NCBI RefSeq assembly: GCF_040869285.1
Contig: NC_090432.1
Direction: 5' to 3' (one strand)
Length of the DNA: 64,000 nucleotides
DNA from: Myxine glutinosa
Lineage: Eukaryota
In this document: positions 33,935-46,660 of the stretch, piece after piece
How positions within the stretch are numbered: position 1 is the stretch's first letter
How the letters are laid out: the number at the start of each line of letters is the position of its first letter
Program-made: the position numbers and the translations under genes
The notes under the pieces: model-generated
The model's input: the letters and a program-made list of their open reading frames with translations, nothing else
What the model was told of the DNA's origin: nothing
The model's database searches: none

Positions 33935-34880
33935 ATTTTTAAAAGAATGGTGAATTTAAACCAAATGTCACGGCAGAGGCCGATAGAGCACTACATGGGG
34001 ACACTCCAGCCTTGACCGGGAGAGGAGAACAAAGGATTCCATTGAGAGAAACACGTTGGCAAAGAGAGTGGAGGAAATCAGTAATCCAAGAGTGGAGTTG
34101 GCTTTGGATCCCATGGGCAGACAGTTCGGAGAGCAAGCTGGGATGCCAGACTGTATCGAAAGCTCGAGATATGTCCAGCGAGACAGCCCTGATCTCATGT
34201 CTGATATTCAGGGCCTCCATCCATTGTTTGTAGAGTAGAAGCAGCATGTTCCTGGGTAGAGCGACCTGGTCTGAATCCGAATTGATGATCTGAGATTTGG
34301 TTATTGAAGAAAAGGAAGGATTTCATATCAACTGGGAATTGTGATGATGGATTCCACGACCTTGCTGATGATTGGAAGTAAGCCGATTGGTCCGTAGTTA
34401 AGAGGATCCGTTTTTGCACCTTTTTATGTGGTGCTGTGATGTTGGCTGATTTTCCAAGCAGATGGAAGATGACTGAGGGCAAATGAATGACTGGGTGAAA
34501 AGCGCAGAGAGAGGATGTGAAAGAGCAGCAGAGCAGGTTTTTAGGACACGTGAGCTGATGCCGTCCTTTGGAAATATTGATGCCGTCCGGTCCAGTTGCA
34601 GAATCAGAGTCCAAGATTGCCAGAAACATCTCCACCTTCTCAGGTGCAAAAGACACAGAGTCCAAGAGAAATTGGTACGACTGGGAAGAATGGGTCGAGA
34701 GAGTGAGGAGTCGGGGACAAGATTTGAAAGCAAACATAATTGAGGCATTTGACCTTCTCACCAGCAGAGTCGGATGTGGTGCCATTTGTGCAGAAGGAAG
34801 AAGGGATGGGAAGCATACACCAGAGACAGACTTAACAATGCATTTTATTATAATTACATCAATGTGAGGCACAGAATAAA
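33935..34880 (-). mobile_element. CR1-like LINE RT fragment, inverted
   Basis: Minus-strand ORFs contain ISDHQFGFRPGRST, EIRAVSLDISRAFDTVWHPSLL and LDSDSATGPDGI. Confidence 0.65.
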
Positions 34881-35284
34881 AAGCTTAAATTCTAACCAGC
34901 AAATTTGTCGACAGAGAACTAAAAACAAGTTGCAATAAGTCGGGTCGAGTCACCTTTGTGGAAAAGCAGTCCCATACCATCGGATCTTTGCAGTCTAAAT
35001 GTCAGTAGATGGGCAATGCCATTATCATTGATTAGAGCTATGATGAACACATCATTCAATAACTATCGATGCTAGAAACACCCGCTCCACATATGGGAGC
35101 AGCAAAGGGCGAGGTGGAGGGAATTAATAATATGATAACACAGAATTGGCGTATTTTAAAATGATTTGTACAACTTCCGGGAGTGATTTTTTTTTAATAG
35201 TGATATCATTTTCAAGTTATTCTGTCAAGTGGTGCAGGAGTGCATTAGCAGTTGAGATAATACCCCATCTACTATAAATGGACG

Positions 35285-35325
<41 letters not shown>

Positions 35326-35542
35326 ATGTTTTTTTAATTGAGTTCTACTGGAGCTTTGATTTCGAATGCAATACACCAAAATAATCATCATGATCTCTTG
35401 TGATAATTAACTACAAATAATCCAGAAGAATTCCCACGTTTCTATACGGCGCCATGTTAAGGTGTATCGAGCAGTTTAATCGGTCTTTCCACAGCATGGC
35501 ACTCTAAATGCAAAATAAATAACAATGGTAACATTGTCAAAT

Positions 35543-35707
<165 letters not shown>

Positions 35708-35708
35708 C

Positions 35709-35882
35709 CAAGAAGCTTGTTTTTCCACTGCCACGTTTTCCACGCAACAAAAGCAGCCTATGCTGTCGACATTCAAGCTGCTCGAGGGTTGAAGGCACAA
35801 GAGCATGTCGGATGGTTCCCTCCGATGCACGGCCCTGCACGAAGCATAACTGCTTCTCACTCTCACCCATGTCCTCAGAACC
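35709..35882 (-). CDS. NWD1: NWD1-like NACHT P-loop exon (E6): GSEDMGESEKQLCFVQGRASEGTIRHALVPSTLEQLECRQHRLLLLRGKRGSGKTSFL
   Basis: Acceptor ctggtgtgcag|GGT and donor TTCTTG|gtagtg; phase 0/0. Walker A GKRGSGKT. Compare human ...TPLVLFGPPGIGKTALM. Confidence 0.75.
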
Positions 35883-36412
35883 CTGCACACCAGATATGTA
35901 CAAACTCTCAGAATACGAATGATGTTTTCAAACTCTCAGAATACCAAGCATGTTTTCAAATGGCTCGAAGCAAAATAAACCTCGATTCAATTGGCCGGCC
36001 CATCATTCATGATCTGGCACAAATTACATCTCAAATTGGTAAGTGGAAATGGTAAAGGTGTGCCAAATGCCACACCCTTACCATCTCCACTTACCGATTA
36101 CGTTTTATAATACAGGTACGTTTAACTGCATTTTTATAACACCTTGCGTCCCACACAAATTTGGTGTGCGACATAAGGAAATGTCGGTCCTTCTTTCACA
36201 AAGTACTAATATACTGCTCTTGGAGATTCAATGTCTCAATATTTCCAAAGGACCAGGCCATCCTCAGCTGAAGGAAATATTTGGTGACATCAAATCTTTG
36301 CTTTGCAGATTGCTCAAGATGCAAATTCACATAAGAAAGAAAAATGTTTGACATATAATCAATTCCTGCAGAGCGATGCAGATTAAAGAAAAATAAATAA
36401 ATAAAAAACCAA

Positions 36413-36533
36413 CCATTTCTGTTGCCATCCGATCTAATGCTTGGCCCAGATCGTCCAAGACCATACACCCAAATTCCTCCAGTCCTATTGTCGCAGGTCC
36501 AGCCTGAGTTTGACGTCCCCAGCAAGCTGAATA
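36413..36533 (-). CDS. NWD1: NWD1-like exon (E5): (T)YSACWGRQTQAGPATIGLEEFGCMVLDDLGQALDRMATEM
   Basis: Acceptor tatctggtag|A and donor GAAATG|gttggt; phase 1 in, 0 out. Confidence 0.55.
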
Positions 36534-36770
36534 TCTACCAGATAAATAAGCCATTGGTAACTGTTATTTTATTATTTTCGTGAATTGAAAAACGAATATA
36601 ACAAATAAATAAATAATCACCTGATGCAAACAAAGACAATCTTCCTTTTTTTTTTCTTTTTTTTTTTGTATACAACATCGAGGCTCGTGAAAGAGCCAAG
36701 ACCGAAGAGCAAACTGAACCATACTTTGCCACATTACTTTCTTTCGGTGCAATCATATTCCATGACTCAC

Positions 36771-36884
36771 GTGTCGCGGTGCACCAAACCCGCAGCTCTG
36801 AGCCGTTGCTTTAAATCTTCAATCCTCTTTGATGCTTCTCCTGATTCTGCCTCAAAATCTGGCAACCATTCCTTTGGTACATCA
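36771..36884 (-). CDS. NWD1: NWD1-like exon (E4): (S)DVPKEWLPDFEAESGEASKRIEDLKQRLRAAGLVHRD
   Basis: Acceptor gtttgtttttcag|T and donor GACAC|gtgagt. Confidence 0.7.
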
Positions 36885-37093
36885 CTGAAAAACAAACACC
36901 CAGTACATTTTATGAATATCCAACTTTGTGGAATGAAAATATTAGAGTTGTGAACACAGAGCAAAATTCACGTTAGACAAATACTCACCAACCATCAAAG
37001 CAATTAAGCCTTTTCAATGGGTTTGGATCAAAGACAAATAAGCTGGAATTTTTTTTAAAGAGTAGAGGGAAGATTTACGATGACAACATTGAC

Positions 37094-37215
37094 CTGAGGA
37101 AATGAGGATCCCGGAAATAGAAGAAAGCCCGACCAGATACTGCTCGAGGGTCTCGCAGAGCAAACTGAACCATCTCCAACTCCGTAAGTGAGCGCCCATT
37201 GGGATATGATGCAAT
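37094..37215 (-). CDS. NWD1: NWD1-like DUF4062 exon (E3): IASYPNGRSLTELEMVQFALRDPRAVSGRAFFYFRDPHFL
   Basis: Acceptor ttttatccag|ATT and donor CTCAG|gtcaat. Confidence 0.7.
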
Positions 37216-37315
37216 CTGGATAAAACGACCAGTAGCAGGTTAGGAAAGAAGTAAACTAGAACGGCACTCTTTAACGTCGCGACGTGGACTGACATACCTC
37301 AGCCCACATTATTAC

Positions 37316-37353
<38 letters not shown>

Positions 37354-37959
37354 ACCTTTAGAGGCCATTTTTATTACATAATTAGCCCACATTTTAGCCC
37401 ACATTATTACATAATTATACATAATTCTACCAAGTTTGATTTCAATCCCTTCAACCGTTAGCTCAATCCCTTCAACCGTGGTTCACAAGTTAGCTCAGTA
37501 ACAGAATTCTTACCTAGCGTCTGACATTTGACCTTACCTAGCGTCTGGGATGTCTGACATTTGACCTTTGACCTCTTGGCCCCAAAATCTAATCAGTTCA
37601 TCTTTACATCATTATATATATCTGTACCAAATTTGAATTGGATCCCTTTTCCACCTCTTGATTTTTTTTTCCTCCAAATGCACAGGAACAATATCTCCAA
37701 TGTTCATAACATAACACTCGCCCCTGTGGTTTAAAATTGCTCTTCCAAAAACCTCAACTGTACCCCCACTTTAACATCATGCACTAAATTCCAAAGTTCC
37801 TCCTGTATGTGTATATTCCCATAAATGGATATTAAAATGCAAACCAAGCCAGCCTCTCCAACATCTCCCAAACAAACAATTTCACATGACCCATTGATGG
37901 GTCATGTGAAAAATTAAATAAACAAGTACAGACAAGTACAGATACAAAGTACAACGCCC

Positions 37960-38940
37960 TATGCCAAATAAATAAATAACGTCCTCCAGCGTGGCATTGC
38001 CTGGGTGCCTTCGGCAATACTGACATGCAGCACTTAAGAGATGGTATTGGGAGGGAGAGGTGTACAATAATTGATTGATTAATTGCATAATTAAAATCAA
38101 TAAATAATCGTAAAATAATTTCTTAATCAATTGGCTAATAGCATAACTAAACCACTAGTGTTTCATCCGAATCTAACTTTTTGAAAACCAATTAAATAAT
38201 TAATCGATTAATTGACTAATCAATATATAATTAATTTATGAATTTATTAATCGATAAATCCAAAATATCCTTTATAGCCACATCACCTGGTCACTATAAT
38301 GTCCAAATATTAGCTTCCTAGCTCAAAAGGTGCCTGAAATATTGCCCAGATGAGAAAGAAAATAAATAAATGATTAATAACGAAAATAATTAAATTATTA
38401 ATCAATTGGCTAATAGAATACCTAAACCCACCACCGTTTCATCGCAATCTGTAACTTTAAAAATTAATTGTCATTAATCGAATAATTAAATAATTAATCG
38501 ATTAATTGATTAATCCATAAATTAAAAATACCCTTTACAGCCAAATCGCTTGGTCATTGTTGTGTCCAAATATCAGCTTCCAAGCTCAAAGGTGCCTGAG
38601 ATATTGCCCAGATGAGAAAGGAATTAATCAAGTACTTAATTAATCGATATAAATTCAGTAATTAATAAATTAATTGATTAATCAAAAAACAAAAAAAATT
38701 CTGTTTTTGCCAAAGCACTTGCTCACTATAGTGCCAAATTTTCAGCTTTCAAGCTCAAAGTATGGCTGAGATATCACCCTGACAAACAAACAACGAAGGA
38801 AACAAGAAAAAACCAGAATGAAAACAGAGTACTCCTTTCAGCGCACGTCAACGCCGGGCCCCATTCGGTGCCTGGCAATGACGTCATGCAGCACCTGGAG
38901 ATGGCATCGGAAAGGAGCGGTGTACAACAATTGGAGATCT
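37960..38940. repeat. Tandem repeat of ~265-bp unit, about 3.7 copies, with AT-rich core ATTAATCGATTAATTGATTAATC; intronic
   Basis: Segments ...CAGCTTCC(T/A)AGCTCAAAGGTGCCTGA(A/G)ATATTGCCCAGATGAGAAAG recur at 38268, 38533 and 38703. Partial units occur at both ends. Confidence 0.7.
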
Positions 38941-38985
38941 TCGAAATGAATGGAATTGAAGATGGAAGAAAAATGCAAACCTCAC

Positions 38986-39106
38986 CCAGTTGAAATGAGG
39001 TTCATCTGGTAAGGTGTAGTCTTGTACCACATGCCCATAGCGATTGCCAAGAAGACCAACAAAAAGGTCAGCACGGTTTGCCTCAGCCAAGCACACCTCC
39101 AGTTGC
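38986..39106 (-). CDS. NWD1: NWD1-like DUF4062 exon (E2): (R)[40 protein letters not shown]
   Basis: Acceptor ctgtgtatcag|G and donor AACTGG|gtgagg. [11 protein letters not shown] resembles the human segment FVALIGDQYG. Confidence 0.7.
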
Positions 39107-39264
39107 CTGATACACAGAATGTACAGAACAAGTTCACAATAAACATTTCCTTTCTCTCTCCTCATAATGCATGTCAAAAGTAACAACAGTGTGTCTTCAA
39201 AAAGATGCACCACCTGTTGACACGGTACTGGTATCGCTACAGCTCAATGTACAACAGACCTCAC

Positions 39265-39455
39265 CTAGAGGCATAACTTTCCTGGGCAGTAAGACCCCAA
39301 CGAAGGTCCACCTCACGGATTTCCAAACACCGTGCAGCAGCGCGGGACCTCAGCTGTGGAATCACAAACCGCGTCAGCAAGTCCCGCTCCCCGTGCATGT
39401 CTCGGAATGTTGAGGAGATGAACACACGAACCACGCGCCACCTGCAGCAACGCAT
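39265..39455 (-). CDS. NWD1: NWD1-like first coding exon (E1): MRCCRWRVVRVFISSTFRDMHGERDLLTRFVIPQLRSRAAARCLEIREVDLRWGLTAQESYAS
   Basis: The ATG at 39455 is preceded by an in-frame TGA. DUF4062 signature VFISSTFRDM..ERD. EVDLRWG matches human NWD1 EVVDLRWGI. Donor TCTAG|gtgagg. Confidence 0.7.
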
Positions 39456-40085
39456 CACCAATCACGAAGCAGACTTCACATAACAGTATATCAGCATATG
39501 CTCATTATCAAAATAAAAGAATAATGAATAATAAAAACGCCAAAGTTATGAAATATTGGGAAATCAAATTTAAGGATATAAAAGTCAAGAGCCTTTAACC
39601 TTGTATTAAAAATGTGACCAAAATAACAAATACACATTTATCCAAATCAAAGCAAGACAACAATCAGTCAGGAAGAGGTCAAAGACTACAGTGGAGATGG
39701 ATCATAATGCATAGGAACAACCAAGTGAAACATCACAGACAGATCACAGAAGCTCACACTTGACATTTCACATCAGGGACAAGGCGTTTTTTGTCCTGGC
39801 AATGTTACGTGGTTATGTCTTAATATTCCTCCAGACCATAATACACACACATACACACACATCTTGTGACATCAACGATTAGCAAGTACATTGGTTGCTC
39901 TAGTCTGGTCTGTTTATGTCAATCGCCAACAGTTCACAATTTTACTCCGACCTTCACAAAACCTATAACCACCTGGCAGAAGTAGTCACAAGCTAGAAGC
40001 CTATTGTTTTAGGTCTATAGATCAATGGTCAAGGTCACATTAATCATCAACTCCATAGTGTTTGAACGAGAGTACATCTATTGAA

Positions 40086-40376
40086 CCACCTTTAGAGGCC
40101 ATTTTTCCCCGCAGAGCAGGCGGACCTTTTTTGGGCACCGTCATCCCCTTTTTGAAGCAATGTTTTATGGCCGGATGCCCTTCCTGCCGCCAACCCTGTT
40201 AGTCGCCTCTTGCGACACACAGGGAATTACCAGTGAACTGGTACTCAATTTGCCGACCTCAGAAGGATGACGAGCTGAGTCAACCCCCCGGCGTTAATTC
40301 AGCGATCGACCAGGATTCGAACCTAGGATCCTAGGATCCCAAGCCGGCACCCTAACCGCCATGCCAACACCAGGCC
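40086..40376 (-). mobile_element. SINE family A copy, inverted
   Basis: CCACCTTTAGAGGCCATTTTTCCCCGCAGAGCAGGCGG...GATTCGAACCTAGGATCC...GCCATGCCAACACCAGG. Confidence 0.75.
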
Positions 40377-41159
40377 TACTCTAGAATATATGAAACAAAC
40401 AAAACTTTTGAAGAATGGTCTTAATATCCATGGAGTTCGAAAATAACTCGACATTGATGGTATTTTCAGCAAAAAATGTGGACAATGTTGCACTTTCTCC
40501 ATCCAACTCTTATATGCAAAACAATAAATATTTAGCGTAGCTAAATTAACGACTATCAAGAAAGTTTGAAAGTGGAGTCCACAACTCCATGAACAGAACT
40601 TTGAAATGACTAAACCGACCTTTGTAATTGCTTGAAAGGGTCACGTGCAACTATGTATGTGGCTAAATTTGATGCTATGCACAAGTTTGACATTTCCGAA
40701 TCGGATGAAATTGGTTTCATGCCAATTAATTCCCCTCATTCTCACTACTTTTTTCCCCAGTGAATAAAAATGAATAATAATTGTAATTCCACAAGTGTAG
40801 CAAAAATTTCGCAAATGTATATTTGATGAGGATTCCATCATGTATTCAGTCTCCTGGTTTGTGTCGGAGGGATGGCCTTGCTGCTGGTGCATGCTCTCCT
40901 CGAGAGTACATCTATTGATAATGTATTATTGGACCAGGACTACATCCATTAATTACCGACTATTGGAACGTACCTTTTAGACCCCTTGAAACCTCTGGAC
41001 CCTTTGGCCCCCCTTTAGATTATTACAACCCCTTAGAGCTTAGACCTTAACTACGATTGCAAAATGCCCACTAGACCCTTTAGACGCAGACCACACAAGC
41101 ATCTATATAGAATCCTCTTGCAATATAGTGTATACGTTTTTTCAGCAAGTAATGTGCAA

Positions 41160-41650
41160 TCTCCACTGACCCTGAGGCCTCAAAATCTGGAGACCTTTGA
41201 CCTCTTGATTGCATAATCTAATGTGTTTATCTTTACATCATTATACATACCTGTACCAAGGTCGACTGCGTTCCCTTCAGCCATTAGGTTATCGTGGGAA
41301 CAAAAACCTATTACAGACTTCGACTTTTGATGCCCAAATCTAATCAGTTCATCTTTGTATCATAATATATACTTGTACTAAGTTTGGTCAAAATCCCATT
41401 ACTGGTTCACAAGCTAGCTCGGTAACAGAATATTGACCTAACGGGACCTCTAACCTTTGCCCTCTTAACACCATAATCAAACCAGTTCATCTTTGCATCA
41501 TTATACATACTTGTACCAAGTTTGACTTGGATTCCTTCAGCCATTCTTAAGTTATTGTGGTAACGAAAACCCATCAGGGACGGACGAATGGACGGACAAC
41601 CTGAAAACATAATCTCTCTGGCAACTTCATCGGCAGAGGCAGAAAAAGGC
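41160..41650 (+). mobile_element. SINE-like repeat, family C, with about three ~160-bp subunits and a family-B-like tail
   Basis: Subunits TGACCTCTTG...CCAAAATCTAATCAGTTCATCTTTACATCATTATATATACCTGTACCAAGTTTGA... end in GGACGGACAACCTGAAAACATAATCTC...GGCAGAGGCAGAAAAAGG. A related fragment is at 37400-37700. Confidence 0.5.
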
Positions 41651-41847
41651 CGAAGCATTACTTCTATCACATCTCTCAATGCGAGTTTTTACTTTGTAAA
41701 AGACAATCAATCAAACGTCTCGGGAGACATTCAAATATAGTTCATGAAGTTTTTAGGCTCTTCCATAGAAAATGTGTCACATATTTGGCTGTAACGTACT
41801 CTTTTAGCCATTATTTAATGTGAGCTTTCAGTCATCAAGACGAAGAA

Positions 41848-42015
41848 CTCTTCACCCGCTCTCCCTCCATCAAATTACTCTTCACCCACTCTCCCTCCAT
41901 CATATTACCCTTCACCCACTCTCCCTCCATCATATTACCCTTTACCCACTCTCCCTCCATCATATTACCCTTCACCCACTCTCCCTCCATCATATTACCC
42001 TTCACCCATATTACC
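41848..42015. repeat. 30-bp minisatellite, about 5.5 copies (CTCTTCACCCACTCTCCCTCCATCATATTAC)
   Basis: Direct inspection. Confidence 0.9.
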
Positions 42016-42396
42016 CATTACATAGAGATGAATCACACATACTATCACCAATAATGCATATTTTTCTAATTTTGGAAACAAGGAGCAATCACCCAACAAT
42101 TTCATACAAAATCCTCAGCTAAACTAAAAAAGGTATAAGACACTGTCTAAAACATCAAGCCACCTGTCAGCTATAACTGACATTCTCAGTTTATCAGTTA
42201 TGAATGATAGTTTGGACAAGCATTATGCTCCAGACAAAAATCCTTCCTTGTTAAGATGCGTGACAAACGTTTTTTTGTTATATACTTACATATATATTGT
42301 ATGTTATTATAGATACATCACATGGCAAAAAGTATGCGGACACCTTCTAATTAGTGGATTCGGCTATTTCAGCCACACCCATTGCTGACAGGTATA

Positions 42397-44224
42397 TACA
42401 GTCATGTGAAAAAGTAAGTACACCCCATGTAAAGTTTTGACTTTTTCAACATATTTCAACATACAGCTATTTGATCTTCATTTCAACAATGTTGAAAGAT
42501 AAAGGTGATATAATATAACAAATATCATGAAACATTTACATTTTGTAGTCCATTGTATAATTTAAATAAACATAAATGCAAATTTCGCATGTGGAAAAAG
42601 TAAGTACACCCCTACATTTATCACTACTTCAAATACCTAAAATTTGAATCAGGTGCACCAGCTCAGGTGCAAATGATTAGAACATCATTAGAGAGGATCT
42701 TGGAGGAACCTGTCTTATTTAAACCTCAGACATTTCATTTGGTTTGCTCTTTGTTGTTTAAGTGTGTGGCGTCACCATACCTAGATCAAAAGAGCTCTCT
42801 GAGGCCTTCAGAAAGAAGGTTATAGATGACTACAAGTCTGGGAAGGGATTTAAAAAGATCTCCAAACAATTTGAAATCAATCATTCGACTGTCCGGAAGA
42901 TCATCTACAAGTGGAGAAGATTCCAAACAACTGCCAACTTGTTCAGGCCAGGCCGCCCCAGCAAGTTCAGCCCAAGAGCAGACCGCAAGATGCTGAAAGA
43001 AGTCTCTAAGAACCCCAGAATGTCATCACGGGACCTACAGGTAGCTATTGCCACTGTTGATGTCAAAAGTGCACGAGTCTACCATCAAAGTGCACGAGGC
43101 TACCATTAGAAAGAGACTGCACAAATTTGATCTACATGGGAGGTGTGCCAGGAGGAAACCTTTGCTGTCCAGAAAGAACATCAGGGCAAGACTAAAGCTT
43201 GCCAATGAACACCGTGGCAAAGACCAGCACTTCTGGAACAATGTGCTCTGGACAGATGAGTCAAAGGTAGAGCTATTTGGCCACAGTACCAGAAGACATG
43301 TTTGGCAAAAACCAAAGACAGCATTTGACCACAAGAACCTGATACCAACTGTAAAGCATGGTGGTGGAAATATTATGGTTTGGGGCAGCTTTGCTGCATC
43401 AGGGCCTGGGCAGCTCACCAGCATATAATCCACTATGAATTCTTCATTGTACCAGAGGGTGCTTGAGGATAATGTGAGGCCATCTGTCGGAAAGTTGAAG
43501 CTCAAACGAAGGTGGACCTTGCAACATGACAATGACCCTAAACATACCAGTAAATCCACCAAGGAATGGCTGAAAAGAAAGAAATGGAGGGTTCTGGAAT
43601 GGCCAAGTCAAAGCCCGGATCTAAATCCATTCGAGATGTTGTGGGGCGATTTGAAACGAGCTGTGCATGCAAGAAACCCCTCAAACATCACACAGCTGAA
43701 AGAATTCTGCATGGAGGAGTGGGTAAAAATTTCTCCCAATGTCAGAGACTGGTAGACAGTTATAAGAAACGCCTACTTGAGGTTGTTTCTGCCAAAGGGG
43801 GCAATACCACCTATTAGAGCCAAGGGTGTACTTACTTTTTCCACAGAAGGAAATGGCATCTCTGTTAATTTTTTGTTGAATAAATTATTGCAGTCAATTT
43901 TTCATTGTTTTTTGTTCAATTAGATCACCTTTATCTATAGATACTGTTTAAATGAAGATCAAATATTGATATGTCCACATATGTTAAAAAGCTAAAAAAA
44001 TATTTCATGGGGTGTACTTACTATTTCCACATGCGAAATTTTCATTTATGTTTATTTGAATAATACAATGGATGACAAAATGTAAATGTTTCATGATATT
44101 TGTTATATTATATCACCTTTATCTATCAATATTGTTGAAATGAAGATCAAATAGCTGTATGTTGAAATATGATGAAAAAGTCAAAACTTTACAAGGGGTG
44201 TACTTACTTTTTCACATGACTGTA
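42397..44224 (+). mobile_element. Tc1 element, Passport/TXr-like family, copy 2, complete with TIRs; transposase has at least 3 frameshifts and a 21-bp tandem duplication
   Basis: Termini TACAGTCATGTGAAAAAGTAAGTACACCCC and its reverse complement with TA flanks. ORFs 42762..43109, 43048..43428, 43435..43755 and 43566..43817. Duplication VHESTIK|VHEATIR at ~43060-43101. Confidence 0.85.
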
Positions 44225-44234
44225 TAATCAAGCA

Positions 44235-44480
44235 CACCGCCATGGAAACTCCATAGAGAAACATTGGCAGTAGAACGGGCCGCATTGAAGAGCTCAGTGA
44301 CTTTCAACGTGGCACCGTCACAGGATGCCACCTTTCCAACAAGTGAGTTTGTCAAATTTCTGCCCTGCTAGAGCTGCCCCGGTCAACTGTAAGTGCTGTT
44401 ATTGTGAAGTGGAAACGTCTAGGAGCAACAATAGCTCAGCCGCGAAGTGGTAGGCCACACAAGCTGGAGCGCGTAGCACG
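44235..44480 (+). mobile_element. Short fragment of a fifth Tc1 family (transposase N-terminal HTH), abutting the Passport-like copy
   Basis: Translation ...GRIEELSDFQRGTVTGCHLSNKSVCQISALLELPRSTVSAVIVKWKRLGATIAQPRSGRPHKLERVARKNRL matches the common teleost Tc1 N-terminus. Confidence 0.6.
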
Positions 44481-45008
44481 TAAAAATCGTCTGTTTAGCC
44501 TTATATATTTCATTTCCAACACATCACCAGTTGATGACTTATTTTTAATGCTTCGGAATAGATTACAAAAATTCTGCAGCAACAAACATGAAAAAAAAAT
44601 AATCACAAATGGAGAAATATTTGCTCCTTCACCTGACTGTCAGAGGAACATGTGGAGTTGTGGTCAAAGAAAGTCCATCACCGTGGAGAAGTTTTTCCTC
44701 TGGAAGTGGGACGTTGTACACCTTATCCATCATGTCGATGTGGCCAAGCAATTTTGCGCTACCTCGCTCAGCAAGAAACCTGCGACCAGTAGGAATCAAC
44801 ATTACATAATACAGAGCTGTACTACAAGCCAAAATCACTCCACTTCAGGTCATGTGATGCACAAATCAGACCTGAATATCTGCTCGCTGTAGCCATGCAG
44901 GTGGATGTCATTGGAATCGTTTTTGAGTGGTTTCCTGCACCGGCAAAGTAAATAAAACTTGATAATGAGCCAGCTGCTTCACAACACTCAAACATTTATC
45001 AAACTAAA

Positions 45009-45461
45009 ACGGCACTCGGTAGAGCAAAAACATCCAACAGGCTGAACAGTTTATGGTTTGTATTCCAGATAGGCCGGATATTGATTCGGACCTGAACCAA
45101 AATTGAATCGGCTTGTTCTTATCACCTAACCAACTCATTCACCGACTTTTGTCACATGTCGTCCACAACCTTTTGAAATATCATGCTATATATCATATTG
45201 GCCCCATCTCAGTGGTGAAGAATCACTTAAAATAATTTTTTTTTTAAATTATACATCGTATCTGGATCCAGATTCGGATCTTCACCAAAATCGAATCAAT
45301 TTTTCCTTGGCATACACCCAAACTGTCCAAGTTTGGTCCGATTCCATCCACAACTGAGATGTCCTGTTCACAAGCAGACAGACAAAAAAAAAAAAAAAAA
45401 AAAAAAAAAAAACAAGGATTAAAATAACCTCCGCCCACCTTTATTGGCGGAGGCAAAAAAA
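45009..45461 (+). mobile_element. SINE family B, full copy with an internal A27 run
   Basis: Head ACGGCACTCGGTAGAGCAAAAACATCCAACAGGCTGAACAG... Tail ...CACAAGCAGACAGACAAAAA(n)...ACCTCCGCCCACCTTTATTGGCGGAGGCAAAAAAA. Confidence 0.65.
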
Positions 45462-45649
45462 GAAGGCTGTTAATCAATTGACAGTTCAGGACAGATATAG
45501 ATCATAAAATGTAGCTCATTGAAACCATCAAATCTCACTGCAACCGATTCTTATTTCATATAATCGAATAGCTAACCAAACACGTACAGTACAACCTCTG
45601 CAAGAAGCCATTGGACAAATACTACTTCCCTTTGTGATGTATGTAGCAT

Positions 45650-46340
45650 GGGTGGGAAAAGGAAAACTCTATTAGCCCCCGTGGGACTCAGTCCGAAACG
45701 ACGGCTTATGGATTTGGTCTGGTCCATCCGTCCTTACGTCTGCAACCATATATCGGAGATTCATGGACCGATTTTGTTCATACTTGGCACAAAGCCAGTA
45801 TACATGTGCACATCATTTTGTTTCGCTATGCGAACACAGATGGCCGACTGGCAGACTGGCAGACTGGCAGCCATTTTAGTTATAAAAAAACCCAATATTG
45901 ACCACGTCCTCGACCATTCCTCGGACATGCATTTACCGATCTTGTTCAAATTCGGCACACAGATAATGAATGATGGATAACATATGCACGTCATTTTTAC
46001 GGCGTAGCCCATAGCCATAGGGCAAAGCCGTCAATAACAGTGTTTGTCCGTCCGTAAGTATGTATGTATGTATGTATGTATGTATGTATGTCTGTCTGTC
46101 TGTCCCCTCAAACGTATACCAATCAGAGCTGAGGACATGGTCACATGACAGGGTGATGTGATTGTGTCTGATGTCATTACGGTGGTAGGGTGATGTGATT
46201 ACGTCTGATGTCATTACGGTGTTCGGGCGGCTGACTCGCATGCCGCCATTTTGATTCCAATTTCGTTTCGGCCGAACATATCGTCGAACCTGTCATATAT
46301 CACAATCACCATACTCTACCTTAACGTTCTCCATTCAGCA
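45650..46340 (+). repeat. Interspersed repeat, family F copy, with (GTAT/GTCT)n, CCAATCAGAGC, palindromic GTCACATGAC and GCCGCCATTTTGATTCC modules
   Basis: The reverse complement of 49770-50230 aligns to 46000-46320. Internal ~180-bp subrepeats (CATGGACCGATTTTG...GGCACA...) are present. A related segment is at 48540-48720. Confidence 0.55.
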
Positions 46341-46477
46341 CAAAACACAAACAAATCGATTGTTAAAATGACCATCAAATATCAAAAGCATAGGCGTTAC
46401 GGGTCTAACGATGACACAGTACTTATAGGCCTTAGGCTTCATACCTTCATGACTCACCTACAGGCCGCTTCGGATCA

Positions 46478-46660
46478 ATTAGCCCAGGTTTATAAATACA
46501 GTAGTATTGTTTTCGTCATAATAATAATAGGGTTAATACTAATAATATAGTGAATATAATCGTAACACTGCAATCCCTTTGTCGTTATTGCACAAGTTTC
46601 TAGATTGAAGCGGCATATGGTTGGTTCATTGTTGACTCAAAACATAGAATAAACTAATAC
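46478..46660 (+). repeat. Direct repeat, copy 1 of ~190 bp; partner at 48003-48405, which is interrupted by a SINE-A
   Basis: ...ATACAGTAGTATTGTTTTCGT...ATAGTGAATATAATCGTAACACTGCAATCCCTTTGTCGTTATTGCACAAGTTTCTAGATTGAAGCGGCATATGGTTGGTTCATTGTTGACTCAAAACATAGAATAAAC. The intervening ~1.35 kb lies between the two copies. Confidence 0.6.
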
